From assembly GCA_000091205.1 (NCBI GenBank), contig AP006487.2: DNA of 64,000 nt; one strand, written 5' to 3'. This document shows positions 1 through 12,842 of the stretch, piece after piece. The first letter of the stretch is position 1. Every line of letters begins with the position of its first letter. Below the pieces are notes generated by a model that worked only from the letters and a program-made list of their open reading frames with translations, was not told the origin of the DNA and ran no database searches. Both the position numbers and the translations under genes were made by a program. This stretch comes from Cyanidioschyzon merolae (lineage: Eukaryota).

Positions 1-886
1 GATTTTGCTCGGCTGCTTAAAAGCAGTGTCAATACTCAGTAATACCGAATCACGGAACACCATTATCGTACCCCAACTGCACATGAAAAGCCTTCCCTGT
101 GTATGTGAAGCGCACGAATCATGCTGGATTGCTGCCGCGTGTCACACTAGTGCCATATCTCTTGGAAACGGATTCTTTCCATCGACATTCTTCAACGTTT
201 CAGCACAACGCATGCACTGAGAACTAAACGATGCCCTCGCATGTTTGCCAGAAACAAAACTGCTAGAGGCTTCTGGTGCACGAGACATTTCCGGATTTCG
301 ACCGAGGCGCTCGACTCTCGGTGCGGGAGTGCTTGTGTGCATTGTTGCGGGTGGAATCACGAAATCGTTGGCCGCTCACCTTTGACTGCGCCGCCATCGT
401 ACGAGCGGTCATCTTAATCTGCACCATCTCGTGCATCCGGCTCTGCTTCATACTCTTCGTCTCTGCCAGTTTCAACGCGCACCAGTGCTCGTGATGCATC
501 TATGTCGTCCTGAACGCATCGATCGGAGTCGAACACGACCGATGCCTGGTCTCGTTGTACGATCTCGTCGAGTGAGCAGGAATGTCGCGATTGCGCGCTG
601 TGGAACGTCTAGCGCCACAGAGCACCAAAGAAACGACACGACTTGCAGTCATTTCATATTCCAGCTCATAAAAATGAATCGGGGAATGCACGTTTCTTGC
701 GTTCGCTGGACGGCAACCGCTGGCGGCCCCAGCGCGAGTCATTCGAAGACTCACGTGCTCGCCAAGCGCACAAAGCATTCCGCTTTGCTCACTATGGTGA
801 CCAGAGCAACGATACTGGTTTTGACGCGGTCATCCCAGTTGTTCGTATGCTTCCTGAGGTGCATCATGCCTGGCGCCGGGTCCAAC

Positions 887-1267
887 CTAGCTTTCGAAAA
901 GTTGAACGGATGCGTTCGCTTTCCGTTCGCGTTCTTCGACTGCGTCCTCTTGATTTAACGGGACGGCGACGGCCACGAAGCCCTTGAAACCGTGATAAAC
1001 GTTTATGACGACTTTTTTCTCTTTATATACCTTGAACGGCTGAAAATGAGTCTCGTTACCCGACACAGGCTTGGGTTTCAAAACAAAAGCTGGTTGATAT
1101 TCTCCATCGTCCTTCATCAGCTCTATGAGCCTCTGTCCATTCCGTCCCTGTAAACGGGGAATCTTCAGCAATATCCGCCAGTGCTCGTCGCAAACTTTTG
1201 CCCATGCTTTGTACTTGCTCACGAAGGACAACTCTTTCTTCTTCTCCTCTACTTGACCTGTTGGCAT
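887..1267 (-). CDS. Hypothetical small basic protein of 126 aa from the first ATG. It has a weak, unverified resemblance to the SRP9/SRP14 Alu-binding fold
   Basis: The ORF 887..1279 has its first ATG at 1267 (MPTGQVEEKKKELSF...). It is lysine-rich and matches no diagnostic motif. The start was chosen because the track's upstream start is GTG. Confidence 0.25.
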   Translation of the reverse strand: MPTGQVEEKKKELSFVSKYKAWAKVCDEHWRILLKIPRLQGRNGQRLIELMKDDGEYQPAFVLKPKPVSGNETHFQPFKVYKEKKVVINVYHGFKGFVAVAVPLNQEDAVEERERKANASVQLFES

Positions 1268-4200
1268 GCATGTGGTCACTATGCTCTATACCAGTCTTTT
1301 CTTCCAAGGGATCTAGACGCGCGAGGTGGATACCATGACAGGAACTCGCCCAACTTATTTATGTAAGAGTCGACTACACTTCAAGTACCTTTGGGCACCG
1401 TCTCCTCCGTGAGCAAGCCCATGTAAAGGAGCCGTCGCTCTGCTCCATCCAGCGGACGAGCAGAGAAGCAACAGTCATCCGGGGCTGGTTTGAGTTCGAG
1501 AACGACTGGTTGGAGAACAGATTCACATATACGAGACAAGCAACTAGTGATTCTTATGTGTGGAAGTGACTTATGGAAACGGAGACGACGCCTTCGACAG
1601 ACTGAACCATTCGAACGGGTTGGTAAGCAGAGCAACTCAACGCCGATTTCAACCGCGTGTTCCTCGACTGCTTCTGAGTGACGGATAGCGGCTCTGTCCA
1701 AGAGCAGGAGAAGGGAATTGCCGAACGAGATGCTCCAAGCATTGCGTCTCACGAAGCATGGGGTTTCAATGACCCTGTCCGTTTTACGAGCCGTTGGCGA
1801 CTCTACAAATGAATACCTATACGCGTTACGAATCTCGGAATGCTCGATTGTCTCTTCTCTATGACCAGTGATTTGCCCTTCTTGGAGATGCCATATACAC
1901 GTCCACTATTCTTCCTGAATAGGGTCTCACCGAATGAGACGAATACCCGCCTCTCGTGTAGTGAGCGTTCGTATTCCAGTGCGAGATCGATCGGGTGTGT
2001 GTTGTGAGGCACGCGACGGTCTCGCCTAGAAGTGTGCGTTCCTCTTTGTTCGTCCGTGTTTCTTCGTCACCGTTCGTATCAGCAGTATGGAAAGTTCATG
2101 TTGCGTGGGTTGTTTGATAGCCTTTCATGGACGACATAGAGGGTGGAAAAGATTGACGGGGCTAGGTTCGAGCTGATAGCGTTTGATCGACTTTGGTCTG
2201 GACGCACAACGTTCCGAATATTGTCTACGAGACGGGTGATTCGTCCACTTGCTGACCGTTGAATGACTGACTCAAAGTATGGTCGTTCTTCGCAGACTAA
2301 AATTCACAGCATCAAATCTTTCCGTGATGTTTCTCCAACCCACAAAACGCAATATGTTTGAGTACCTATGGAGCAAACAACCAAAAGGCAAAACAGTGCG
2401 TGCTGGTGCATGTGTGCCGAAAAATTCACTGCTCAGCCTGATACTGCGCTCTCGGCCAGGCACACGGACTGCAGCGCTCGATGACTCCGGCCTTTGGAAG
2501 ACGATGCGTATCACATGCAGACGACGCTGAGCATTTCGCGAACTGCTGCCCGCATGGGTCCTTTTCTAGTGGAACAGTTCATTTTCGAGCATGGCGAATA
2601 TAGCAGTTTTCTCTCTGAAAAAGTATCATGGCTTTTATGTCTATGATACAGCGGAACTGACCGACATCTGCGTCGCGGCTTAAATAAAACTGATTCAACG
2701 CTACTGTTGTTCCTGAAAAAGGCAACGCTACACCTACCTGCATTTTTTGTTTTCTTAGCGCCCGTGCGCGCCTGTATCCTCCATCTGAGCAACTGAGGCG
2801 GCGACCCTGTCCCGCGCGCGCAGGACTCGCCCGGTCTTACTCTAGAGCAGTTGCGCTTTCCAGTGCTACCACAAAAGCAGCACAACGGAGCGAAGGACAG
2901 CTGGCCGCTCTTCATTCTCTTATGCTACAACTCCTTCGTCCTCTCGATCGATTCGGATGCCGTGAGTCGGAAAATCAATTTGCAAATTCGTTGCCCGAGG
3001 GCGCCGCAAACTCTGCCCCTCGAGTGAGTCGAACACCGATGCTGTGAAACGTTACGTCCTCAACCGTTCTCCATGGGCACGCGCGCGGTTCGAACCAGCG
3101 TCTGGCGCGTTTGCTCGCGATGCCCGTTCTCCAGTAGGGCCAGCATTAGAAGACGCCACGACTAGACGGGCTCCAGACTCAAGCTTCTTGAGCGCTTACA
3201 TAAAGCCAGCGTGCACAGAGGCTCCGAGAAGCGTTGGCATCTCTCCATGGCGTTTGCGACGACGCATCCGGCCGTGCAGTAAGCGCCTGCGATCGTTCGG
3301 CGCATGGAGCATCTCCGGATTCATCATGCCAAGTTTCGAAGTCGAATGCTGCGCTGGATATCCCGAAGCGTCGAAGCATCCGTGGACTGACTGAGGCCTC
3401 TTCTCTTCCTCTTGAGATCGTCCACGAATACTGAACAGTATAGTTGTATCCGTCATTCCAACTAAGTCATGAGATGGATATTGCGCACCAGGAAAATAAG
3501 GGAAAAGTGCTCGTGGTCTACGCAACCAGCATACTGGAGTTGGGGTGCAGACGAAGCCCGCGGGCAGTATCTTTACAAACAGCACGGCGAACCAGCGACA
3601 TCCTTCCGAACGAATGAGCGCGGGTGCTTGTACACCACGGCGATGTTGAACGCTCTGCGCCCTGTTACAGACCCGCACCTGTTTCATGGAAGAGTACCTG
3701 GATCATACTCCTACTCACGCATGATTTTACGTATGTAGGATGTAACCTTATTTACACGAACAACGGGATACCGACTAAGCGATGATTATCTACATTTAGG
3801 AAAACCTTCCGCAGTTCGCACGAGATCTCCGAGGTCCACCTGCAACCAACATCCGCACCCCCATTCGAAGATCATAGCAGAATCAAGCTACCCTCCGGGT
3901 GTCGAGCTTGCCATAACCATCCTATAGGCTTTAAGCTCAATTGTATTCCATCTCCAGGTGAATGGAATCCGACGCTTTTTCGCGGTTTCTAGCAGAAGTG
4001 TTCGACGTGCGTCTATGATCAAAGAAAAAACTCCACGAGAGAGGCAAGGACATGGAAGCCGGGCATCATGGGAGGCCTTGATCGCCAGCTGCCGGACAAG
4101 GAAAGAGACATGCCCTTCTTGCCGACTATCGAGCGAAGAAGAGCAAGTAACGAAGAAGCACAGGGCAGGCAGGAATGCGTCTGCTGTTCATCGCGAAACA

Positions 4201-4612
4201 GCGTTCGATTACGCGCTCCCTGGGGTGGAACACAATTGGGGTGAAAGGTGGGAAAGCGCGACGTGTCGGTACGTTTCCGATAGCGGCGGCGGTGCGGTAA
4301 CGACGTGCCGCTGTGCGATGTACACGTGTACACGTCGCGAAACGGCTATCGTTTCCGTTCCGGGCGCGCGAAACAATACTTGTGTAGCTTCAGTTCGAAA
4401 GCTTGGAATGTTTGTATGCGCTTTTGAACATGATTGTTCCATCATGAAGTTATTAGCTCTAGCGGGTAAAATGTCTCTGTAGAGCTTTCGCTTGCCCGTG
4501 AAAAGCAACCCATTTGAAGCGGTTTGGTGCGAAGGCAGTAACGTTGAACTGACAGCCTTGGCGTGTCGTGTTCGTAAATCCTAGGAACACTGTTTCTGGA
4601 GAGGGAGACACC

Positions 4613-5605
4613 ATGAGACCTCCAGTGACGTCACTTGTGATTCAAACGTGGAAGGATCAAGGTAGGCCGAAGCCGTGGAAGCAGACCAGTAGGCGTTCAA
4701 GCTCGCCGGACTCGACAGACTCAGACGGTGCTGCCTCGGATGAACGCGAACGGGACCATGTTGCTCTTCCGTCTAGGGCGGAACAAAACGTGTTTCAAAA
4801 CTCAGTCGATGCTTCTGACCCAGGGTTGAAGAGCAGTAGTACGACGCTGCTTGGTAGGGAGCCTTCGCGCTCTGGGGTCCTGGTCCGTGGCGACCTCAGA
4901 GCGCTCCGTTATGGAGCGCACCAGGTAATGGCTCCGAGCCTGGTGCGTTCCTATTCCGTGGATAGTGGTCTGAGTCTGTCCGTTCAGGCCAAACATGCCA
5001 ATATCCAATTTTTGCGGCACCACATGAGGAACTCTTTACATCGAGATGGATGCCTTCACGAGAGAATCCCGCATTTCTATTCCTCGAGTAATATTCACAA
5101 ATCGCGTTTGAATGGATTTTCGCATCCGCCCGTGTATCCAAAACAGCCTCCAAACCATCGCGTACAGCTGCATGGCGGCTGTGGACTTGATCCAAGAGCG
5201 CCGGAGCGGCTATCTCGTTCGATGTCGCATATGGAGGGACTCGTGATCACGGATTTGGTTTCCTCCTCAATGCCGCGCTCGCGCTCCATGGATTCCGAGT
5301 TAACGGTGAACGGAATGAGCTCATCTGTGAGGCACGTGGAACTTACGAGTTCGGCAGACCAGCACGTTGCCGCTGCGGATCGCGCAGCCTCTCCGGGCAT
5401 TGTCTGTCGAACTCTTACAGTGCGTCGGTCTCTAAGCATGGACGAGGGACTCGTAGCTGCGCTCAAAGACTTTGACCGCCGCGTGTGCCTGAATCGGCAG
5501 GTCATGAAGAAAAAGAGAATGAATTGTCTAGATTCCATTGCGGAGAGCCCAGTGTCTCCAGGCACCGAAGAACAGAAAAAAGTAGCTGTCGTAGATGCAT
5601 CATAG
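4613..5605 (+). CDS. Hypothetical Ser/Arg-rich low-complexity protein with an internal repeat (RSxSxxEGLV occurs twice)
   Basis: This is a 331 aa ORF from the first ATG at 4613; the track start at 4568 is GTG. It contains the repeated motifs RSMSHMEGLVITDL and RSLSMDEGLVAALKDF. No known domain was recognised, and the ORF 5095..5919 overlaps it on the opposite strand. Confidence 0.3.
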   Translation: MRPPVTSLVIQTWKDQGRPKPWKQTSRRSSSPDSTDSDGAASDERERDHVALPSRAEQNVFQNSVDASDPGLKSSSTTLLGREPSRSGVLVRGDLRALRYGAHQVMAPSLVRSYSVDSGLSLSVQAKHANIQFLRHHMRNSLHRDGCLHERIPHFYSSSNIHKSRLNGFSHPPVYPKQPPNHRVQLHGGCGLDPRAPERLSRSMSHMEGLVITDLVSSSMPRSRSMDSELTVNGMSSSVRHVELTSSADQHVAAADRAASPGIVCRTLTVRRSLSMDEGLVAALKDFDRRVCLNRQVMKKKRMNCLDSIAESPVSPGTEEQKKVAVVDAS

Positions 5606-6908
5606 AGCATCATGGGCCGTCTTCGGATTTCTGGAGGCATCGGGGAAACAGGTTCGTCTCGGAATGAAAAATCACATAGCGTAAATTTATATCGTACTAT
5701 GGCAAAGCTTACCCCTTTCAGAAGAACCGCAGTCAGCGCAAAAGGCGCGCTACTTGCGAACGCCCAGCAGACTTTCAAGTTACCCTGGGCACACGCGTAC
5801 TGCGCTGGAGCTATTTTGCACAGTTTTCGTAAAGGATGTTTTACTGGAGTGTAAGACCGTTTACAAGGGCCAGCGATTCCCGATTGCGAGAATGATATCG
5901 GCACCGGGGAGAGCGTCACAAAAGGTTGCGCAGATCTAACGGCGTACTTCTCGGCTGCTGTGTGATCACAGCTTGGTCCAGGTAAGCTTGTTCTTCAGGT
6001 AGTGTCCTCGAAAGAGAGCTCTCGTTCCGAACTCGGAAAAGAAACAGTTTCTGTCAAGCACTGATTACCGTGATCGACGAATGCACCTGCCCCTGTCGCT
6101 TCACGCACCTCCAGGTTGTCTGTTCGCTGCCAGATGTGCGCCTTCATGGCAGTCTCAGAAACAGACAGACCTCCTTGGGGCAGGCTTCCGAGCAGCGCTC
6201 GCCAACGCCTGTCCTGTTGCCTGTCTCCGAATCGAGCCGAAACGCCGAAAGCCAAACGAGGCTCGCCTTCGAAACGCACAGGATTACGCCCGTACATCAT
6301 GCTTGTCAAGATCTGCCGCAACCTACACACAGACACCAGAAAGTTTTCCGCTTCGTGACGCCGCGAGTTGCGCGTTTGTCAACACCCCGACCCGAACGAA
6401 CCCGTTCCACACTGCGCACCTGAACAAGTCACCCGAAATCTGTTAAGCGTTGAACGAGCGTGCAGCAACCGGCACATACAACTCTCCTGCTGGTCTTGCA
6501 AACCGAAATGCAACGACCATAAAGCCGTCCAAACCAAGGAGCTGCGCGCACCACAGTTAAACTCCTCTACCGAACCTTCTAGGCTGTCCTGCTGCCAGTC
6601 GTGTTTTCCAGTTATTCCTCAGAACTCAAGTTACGTAGCTCTTACTCTACAAGATGCACATGCAAACGCACATGCTTTTATCGATTGGGGCCCTGATCGG
6701 CGACAACTGCGAGCAGGGTCACCACAAAGTGCTTGGCCCGACAATCTGGTCCAGTACCCGAACAACTGCAGGAGCGGAGGTGCGCAGGCGCGGCCGCCGC
6801 GATGGGGAGCTCATACTGCACTGGTAGCTGAAAGCTGTCCGCTTCCGCTTCCCTTGCTTTTTGTCGCTCCGGGGTGGCGTTAGCCAAGAGACTAGTTTAC
6901 GCTACACT

Positions 6909-8582
6909 ATGCACACAAACCTAGTTTTGTGGAGCGTTTGGCAGGATAGACCTCGGTTTGGCTTTAGAAGCGCCGCGAATTTTACTGGGAAAGTCGAGTT
7001 CGTACCGAAACGGAGAGTCTGCAAACAGGTTACAATGCAGCGACGCGGTTCCAGCTCCAGATCCCATGGGCGCCTCCGATGTGCCGAGAATGATCTTGCG
7101 TGGTATGCACGGGCACGGACAGTCTTTTACAACACACTGAGTAGGCGCAAGGAGCCTTTCGAGACGAGCTCGGCGGACGGCGTCGTTCGCTTCTACTCGT
7201 GCGGACCGACAGTTTACGACTATGCGCACATTGGCAACTTTCGTGCCTTTCTCACATATGATCTCGTCAAGCGCTGGCTAATGTTTTGTGGGTACAAGGT
7301 ACGTCATGTCATGAATATAACAGATGTCGACGACAAAATCATCCAGAGGTCTCAGCGGGAACAGCGTCGCGCGGAGGATATCACTCGACAATTCGCTGCG
7401 GAATTTTTCCAGGATCTCAAGGCCCTCAACATCATTCCAGCAGATGCGTATCCCTGTGCAACAGCGCACATTGATGATATGGCTGATCTGGTGAGGGAGC
7501 TCCTTTCGCGAGGCTTCGCATACAAACTAGGCGACTCTGTGTACTATTCGGTTGAGAGATTTGCCCGATACGGCACGCTGGCGCGAATAAATTTTGAGAG
7601 CTTGTTGTCTTCAAACGGTGAAGAAGAGGATGCAGGCCCACACACTGCTTTGAAACGAGATCCACGAGATTTTGTTCTCTGGAAAGGTCACAAGCCGGAT
7701 GACGGTGATGTCAAATGGGATACGCCTATTGGGTGCGGTCGGCCCGGCTGGCACACGGAATGTGCAGCAATGGCAATGAAGTATCTAGGCTCGAGCGTCG
7801 ATATCCATGCCGGAGGCTCAGATCTGGTGTTTCCGCATCATGAAAACGAAATCGCACAATGCGAAGCGGTAACCGGAACGATGTTCGCTCGATTCTGGAT
7901 CCATAACGGATTCGTGAATATCAATGGGGAGAAAATGAGCAAGAGCCTGGGGAACTATATCACTTTGCGTGATCTGGTCCGCGATCCGCTGGATGCTCGT
8001 GCGTTCCGCTACGCCGTTATCACATCCTTGTACCGAATGCCGCTGAATTTCACTGACGATACTCTGGGAGCAGCGGCAACGACACTTCGCCGACTGGATC
8101 TGTTCCGAAAGAGCATCATTGACTTGGAACGATCAGAAGCAAGCACACCGGGTCAAAAGGCTGATCAAGGACTGCGAGCGAGCTGTGAAGCATACCTGCG
8201 TGATTTTTGCGACCACATGGCGGATGATCTGAACACAGCTCGTGCTGCAGCGGTGATCTTCGAAGCGCTGCGGCATTTCGAAGCGCTCCGCCGCGATGCG
8301 CGATTACGCCCCGCAGACGCGAGTCTGATTCTCGGAATGCTTCGTGAAATGGACCGCGTTTTTGGTGTATTCTACGAACCGGAGCTCGCGCATTTGTCTG
8401 AAACCAGTGAACCAAGTTCGACCGGAATCCCACCCGAAGTCCTCGAACTTGCGCGACTTCGAGCAGATGCCCGTGCCCGAAGGGATTTTGCTATGGCAGA
8501 CAAGTTGAGGGAACAGTTGAGATTGTATGGCTTTGCGGTGCGAGATACCGCTCAAGGCCCCGAAATCACAAGACTCTCTTAA
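6909..8582 (+). CDS. CARS: Cysteinyl-tRNA synthetase, class I. An N-terminal extension may be a targeting presequence
   Basis: The HIGH-type motif is present ([17 protein letters not shown]), as is KMSKSLGN. Conserved CysRS blocks are [24 protein letters not shown] and [20 protein letters not shown]. The track ORF starts at TTG 6861. ATG candidates are 6909 and 7035; the 7035 start would give a canonical length. Confidence 0.9.
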   Translation: MHTNLVLWSVWQDRPRFGFRSAANFTGKVEFVPKRRVCKQVTMQRRGSSSRSHGRLRCAENDLAWYARARTVFYNTLSRRKEPFETSSADGVVRFYSCGPTVYDYAHIGNFRAFLTYDLVKRWLMFCGYKVRHVMNITDVDDKIIQRSQREQRRAEDITRQFAAEFFQDLKALNIIPADAYPCATAHIDDMADLVRELLSRGFAYKLGDSVYYSVERFARYGTLARINFESLLSSNGEEEDAGPHTALKRDPRDFVLWKGHKPDDGDVKWDTPIGCGRPGWHTECAAMAMKYLGSSVDIHAGGSDLVFPHHENEIAQCEAVTGTMFARFWIHNGFVNINGEKMSKSLGNYITLRDLVRDPLDARAFRYAVITSLYRMPLNFTDDTLGAAATTLRRLDLFRKSIIDLERSEASTPGQKADQGLRASCEAYLRDFCDHMADDLNTARAAAVIFEALRHFEALRRDARLRPADASLILGMLREMDRVFGVFYEPELAHLSETSEPSSTGIPPEVLELARLRADARARRDFAMADKLREQLRLYGFAVRDTAQGPEITRLS

Positions 8583-9122
8583 AAGCTGTCCGGTCGAGAT
8601 ACGCTCTATTGAAAGAATCGGATCGCTGGAGTTTCTGAAGGAGCCGCGCACCCGCGCCCATCAATGGAGCTCAACCAGCTACCGCGACGTACTGGAGGTG
8701 CCGCGAGCCTTCGCTTCGGCGAGAATACACGCTTCATCATGAAACTGAGACGAGATCATCGTTATCCGGGCTCATTCAAGGCGCGAAATTTCGCAAGTCC
8801 GCTGCTTGGGATTTTCCGCAACGAGAGCGCATTGTCGCTCGTGGAGGCACTCGCATGGCCGCAGCGGAACCTAGCGCGAACCCGTTGCAACCGGACATCT
8901 AAATTGTCCAGCTAGGGGAAACTTTGTTTCAAGGTTGATGAAGCTTGAAGAACCGAAGAAGACACGATGCTGAGACCCCGAATATCCTGCTGTTTTCGAC
9001 CATGCAGCGGAGCCCGGATAGGGTCATCGGCGCTTCTTGCTAATCTTTTGGCAACCACTGATGCCATGCACTGAAAGCGAATGCCAATTGTGGTTCAACG
9101 CTACGCCAATGTGTCAGATTAA

Positions 9123-10262
9123 CATGGAACACTGAACTGCATGATCTGTGGCTGCATTTCGATTTTTTACGAAGCTTTTTAAGATGTCTAGCCTCGATAT
9201 CCGGAGTGCAGTGATGCGGGCTCACGGTTCCATGCATAGATTCAGGATTCTCGGTAGTGTTTTCGGAGTGACTCCCTCCGCTCTTTGAAGCTGGAATTCG
9301 GTACTTTATCGGAATTAAGATGATTCGTGACGCCATCGATCAGCGGTTCATAGAATAACAGATGCCAATATCGAGTCTATACGTACGAGCGTCCACGCTT
9401 CCCCTTTCGTTACGTGTAGCGTGCCCAGGTCACGCATGCTTCAAGTCTTCGATCGCTCGGTTTCACGGCAACTCATGGGCGCAGCGATCCGTGCCGTTCA
9501 ACAGACGATGTGGAAGATTCGCCTTAGTCAGTTGACGACCTGTTCAGAAGCTCATGCCGGGAGTTCCCTGGACTTTTCGCACCAAATGATGAAAGGACTG
9601 TTCGGAAAACGAATCCTATGCTCTCTGTGGATATCCACGCAGAGGCATCCCATTGCAGCACGATACCTCCCGCATGATACGCTCCATGCGGCTCCACAGT
9701 CTTCCGTCTACATCGGAAGGGGTCTTGGAGTCGGGCTCGAGCCATTGCTGCGATCGTTTCGAATAGTGCATATGTCACCGGAGTGCACTAGCGGAGCGTT
9801 GAAGGATAGAAACTTCTCGTCCTCTTCTCTGTCCTGGATTCTCCTAGTGGTACTTGTTTCATCATGGTCGACATCGCGTTCCACAAAGACTCGATCGAAC
9901 GTGACGCAGAGCGCTTTCGAGTGCAGCGTCCAGACTGCTCGCTGAGGGCATCGACCCAAAGAAACCCGTGATCATCGGATACGACACGAGGCGCAGAAAC
10001 AAAGCATGGCATCAAGGCGAGCCACCTGTACCCGGACTGGGCATGTACCGAGCGTTACAGCAAGTGCTCAAGCGCCGCAGTAAAGTCCCCATAGGAGGAG
10101 TCTGGGTATTATTTCGTAACACTTGACCGCAGCCAAGTGTTACCGGCGCGAAGGGCTCGCCGCAGCTGTGGAGAAGTAAGATGAGCATGGCAAGCGAACC
10201 GTTGATCGCCCTTGCATCTTTGCACGGAATACGTCGATGACAGCCTGAGGCAGTGAAATCGG
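9123..10262 (-). mobile_element. Copy A of a 1.14 kb dispersed repeat, forming an inverted-repeat pair with 19126..20265
   Basis: ORFs 9421..9945(+), 9524..9778(-), 9788..10015(-) and 9040..9336(-) are essentially identical at the protein level to ORFs in 19372..20389 on the opposite strand. Boundaries were mapped to the points where nucleotide similarity ends: ...cagtgaaatcg at 10251-10261 and ...ttccatttta. Confidence 0.75.
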
Positions 10263-10488
10263 GACTCAGACGCCGCCACCAACAGTGCTCAACTCCAAAC
10301 CATGGAGCTGGCTGGAGAGAAGCGAACTAGGTATTAAAAGCCATCGATAAGACAAAGGAGAAGCAAGCATTTGTAGAAAAATTCCGCAGAGCTGGTTTTG
10401 ATGACTATGGTAAGAGACGCAAACTTAAGTTTATACTCTCGACTGATGCAAAAACCTGCGTTTTATTCTGAAAGGGGCATGCTCCTCG

Positions 10489-11781
10489 ATGGCTAGCGAT
10501 ATCCGCAGAGGTTGCACGGAGTGCAAGCGCTATCCCGCGCGCCAAAATCCAAGAACGTTTTCGTGCGCGCCCCGGCTGTTGCCAGCTTCAACAGTGAGCT
10601 CAATGGACGCAGGAAAACAGCCGCTCTTTGCTAAAGTTCGGCTTTGGGCAGAGAAGGGCACCCCCGGCGAGGTGCTCCTGCTATGGAAGAAGCACGGTGG
10701 CAAAGTCGTGGAAAAGCCGGAGCAAGCTATGGTTTTGATCTCGGACAACGAACAGGCGCCAACAACTTTGGAAATCCTCACAAAGCGATACACAAAGTTT
10801 CCCAACGGAGCACATAAGCCCGTATGGTCAAGCGACATTGTGCAATATTGGATCGAAGAGGGCGCCCTTGTCACGAATCCAGCGGTGACAAAAGTGTACC
10901 TTCGGAAACCACCGCCGGAGCTCTCTTTCGACCTACTCGAGCTCTCGGACGCAGAGAACAGTCTCGATGGCTTCTTTCAAACAGAGGACGCCCAATCCAA
11001 GGGCAGCTCCTCCGACGAGGATCACTCTGGATCTCCTGCACCAGAGCTCGGCAGCGAAAAGAGCCGCGGTGCAGTCCCAAGAATACGTATCCGAGGCGGG
11101 CGTGGCGCTGACGGACATGAGCGACAAATAGAAACCGCTCCTCGCGCCGGTAGACGTTCACGCCGTCTGGCCAGTGGTCCGTTGTGGATGTCACCCAAGC
11201 CAGAGCACAGAACTGACGCCTCTACTGCACCTCGAAAACCACCGAAGCACATGACACGGCCACTTAGTATGCCAGAGCTCAAACATGTCCATCGCCGCAA
11301 CGTCCTCTGCAGGGTATGCAACCCAAATGGTGTCAAAATACGGAAGCCCCGTTCACCAGATGCCCACTATCATCGGCGTGGCGTAGCCTGCCCCGCATGT
11401 GTCGTCCAGAGGCAAAGTAGGTCGGCTCGCGACAAGAGCAAAAATGGATCGAAATTCTTGCCCAAGCAGGGAGCACCCATGGAAGCGGTTTCAATGCACA
11501 GCAATTCGAAACCTGGAACCAACAAAGTTGAAGTCGCTTCAAGAAACCTGACAAATGCCCCTATCGCCACGAAAAACGGCAGAGAGAACCCGAAACGCAT
11601 GGCCTATACCAGCGGTTCAAAACCTCGAAAGGCCGACTCTGACAGTGGCGGCGCACTTTCCGCAATAGAAACTCTTCAGGAGCTCCGCAGTAGGTACGCC
11701 AAGTACATCGAGTTCGGAGCGGGTATCTCACGGATTGTAATAGGCCGCGATGGATTCGCGCTTCGCATCCAAGATGCATGA
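10489..11781 (+). CDS. Hypothetical protein of 430 aa with an N-terminal BRCT-like domain and a Cys/His cluster (CRVCNPNG...HYHRRGVACPAC)
   Basis: It starts with an ATG. The segment PLFAKVRLWAEKG...VLISDNEQ...VWSSDIVQYWIEEGALV follows the BRCT consensus (hydrophobic core, GG motif, terminal W). It also has an acidic Ser-rich linker and a basic C-terminal half. No family was assigned. Confidence 0.4.
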   Translation: MASDIRRGCTECKRYPARQNPRTFSCAPRLLPASTVSSMDAGKQPLFAKVRLWAEKGTPGEVLLLWKKHGGKVVEKPEQAMVLISDNEQAPTTLEILTKRYTKFPNGAHKPVWSSDIVQYWIEEGALVTNPAVTKVYLRKPPPELSFDLLELSDAENSLDGFFQTEDAQSKGSSSDEDHSGSPAPELGSEKSRGAVPRIRIRGGRGADGHERQIETAPRAGRRSRRLASGPLWMSPKPEHRTDASTAPRKPPKHMTRPLSMPELKHVHRRNVLCRVCNPNGVKIRKPRSPDAHYHRRGVACPACVVQRQSRSARDKSKNGSKFLPKQGAPMEAVSMHSNSKPGTNKVEVASRNLTNAPIATKNGRENPKRMAYTSGSKPRKADSDSGGALSAIETLQELRSRYAKYIEFGAGISRIVIGRDGFALRIQDA

Positions 11782-12842
11782 TGAGTGCGGAAGTTGCTTC
11801 ACCGGAGCAACATTGTAATGGACTGGTCTGTTCACCGGTTCGGGCAACTAGGCAGGCACATGTCTGAAACTTGCCTTCACACTTTCGAAAAAGTCACAGA
11901 TTCTGCGGAAATATGCAGCGCATTTTTTCGGCAGGAACTCCTGGTTACTTTGCATCTACTCGCATTGTATGAGTATTTCTGAAAAATTCCCTATGTAGCT
12001 ATCTTTGATGGCGAAAAGCCTCGTATCGTTACCCCGCTCTGTTGGAATTACACACGAGGAGACTGCCTGTACGGCACCGCAGAAGAATGCTGTCAGCTGC
12101 GTTAAGCTTGGCAGCATGTGCTGATTCCGGACTCTGCAAAGACAACTGTACACCCTATCGGAGCTCTTACGCACTTTTTTTGCGAAATCTGGTAAATCTT
12201 GGAGGATGCATCGTCTTCTACACGCGAAGACGGTCCAGCTCTCTCCAGTGTCAAGCACTTTCCCCTCAAAAAACGCTGGACTCGACAGAGGCTCTAAAAA
12301 TGAACTCTGCACCTATCAATACTGAGTGTAGTGAGCGGCGGATGTCTTCCCTGGTGCACCCAAGGTGTGAGCGACGTAATACGTGGGCGTCTCATACAGA
12401 AACGAAGCCTGCTCTGGTCACGTTGGGCGCACAGGCTCTAGCTCGGGTAGTCACGCTTGTAAATAAACTCTTGGCTCAATGATGGGTCAAGTTTGCGAGA
12501 CTCATAGCCCTGTGCTCCGCGGCTCTGCCAAACGATGTTTCCAGGCGCTCAACACAGCTGCAAGCGTCGTCCCGAGCTGCGGGAAAGCACACTGTTTAAG
12601 AACTCTGTCCGAGGCGACCTCGTGCTCGCTATAAAGCCGTTCTGCAGTTCCCAATGCATCCAGCAGATCCCGTGCATAGAAAGACTAGCACTCATGCCTC
12701 AATCCGTAGCCAAGTGCAGCCCTGCGGCATTTTGAAGGACATATGAGCACTGTAGAATACGTGCAAGTTTCCGGTTCCGTAGGTTGTCTTTGCGGGCCAT
12801 GCCTATGATTTTTCCAGTTCAGTGGAAAAGAATATCCCAAGA

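Noticed and set aside
887-1279. Possible SRP9/SRP14 identity for the small basic ORF
   Set aside because: Only loose pattern similarity was found over the first ~35 residues. The second half does not align. It is kept as hypothetical only.
3060-3100. A 'GCGGTTCGAACCAGCG' T-arm-like string
   Set aside because: The flanks cannot form a tRNA cloverleaf, with no acceptor or anticodon stems.
5095-5919. A 274 aa minus-strand ORF overlapping the Ser-rich plus-strand ORF
   Set aside because: It is antisense to a more structured ORF. It has no motifs and is probably a frame shadow in GC-balanced sequence.
7432-8651. Several 60-115 aa ORFs antisense to the CysRS gene (e.g. 8116..8433, 8304..8651). 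Similar antisense ORFs occur inside the IleRS, WDR3, AFG3 and M20 genes
   Set aside because: They are embedded in strongly supported genes on the other strand. They are typical antisense open frames, not independent genes.
8731-8780. A short match to 5S rRNA 'GATCTCGTCTGATCTC' on the reverse strand
   Set aside because: Only about 12 nt match and the flanking sequence is unrelated to 5S.
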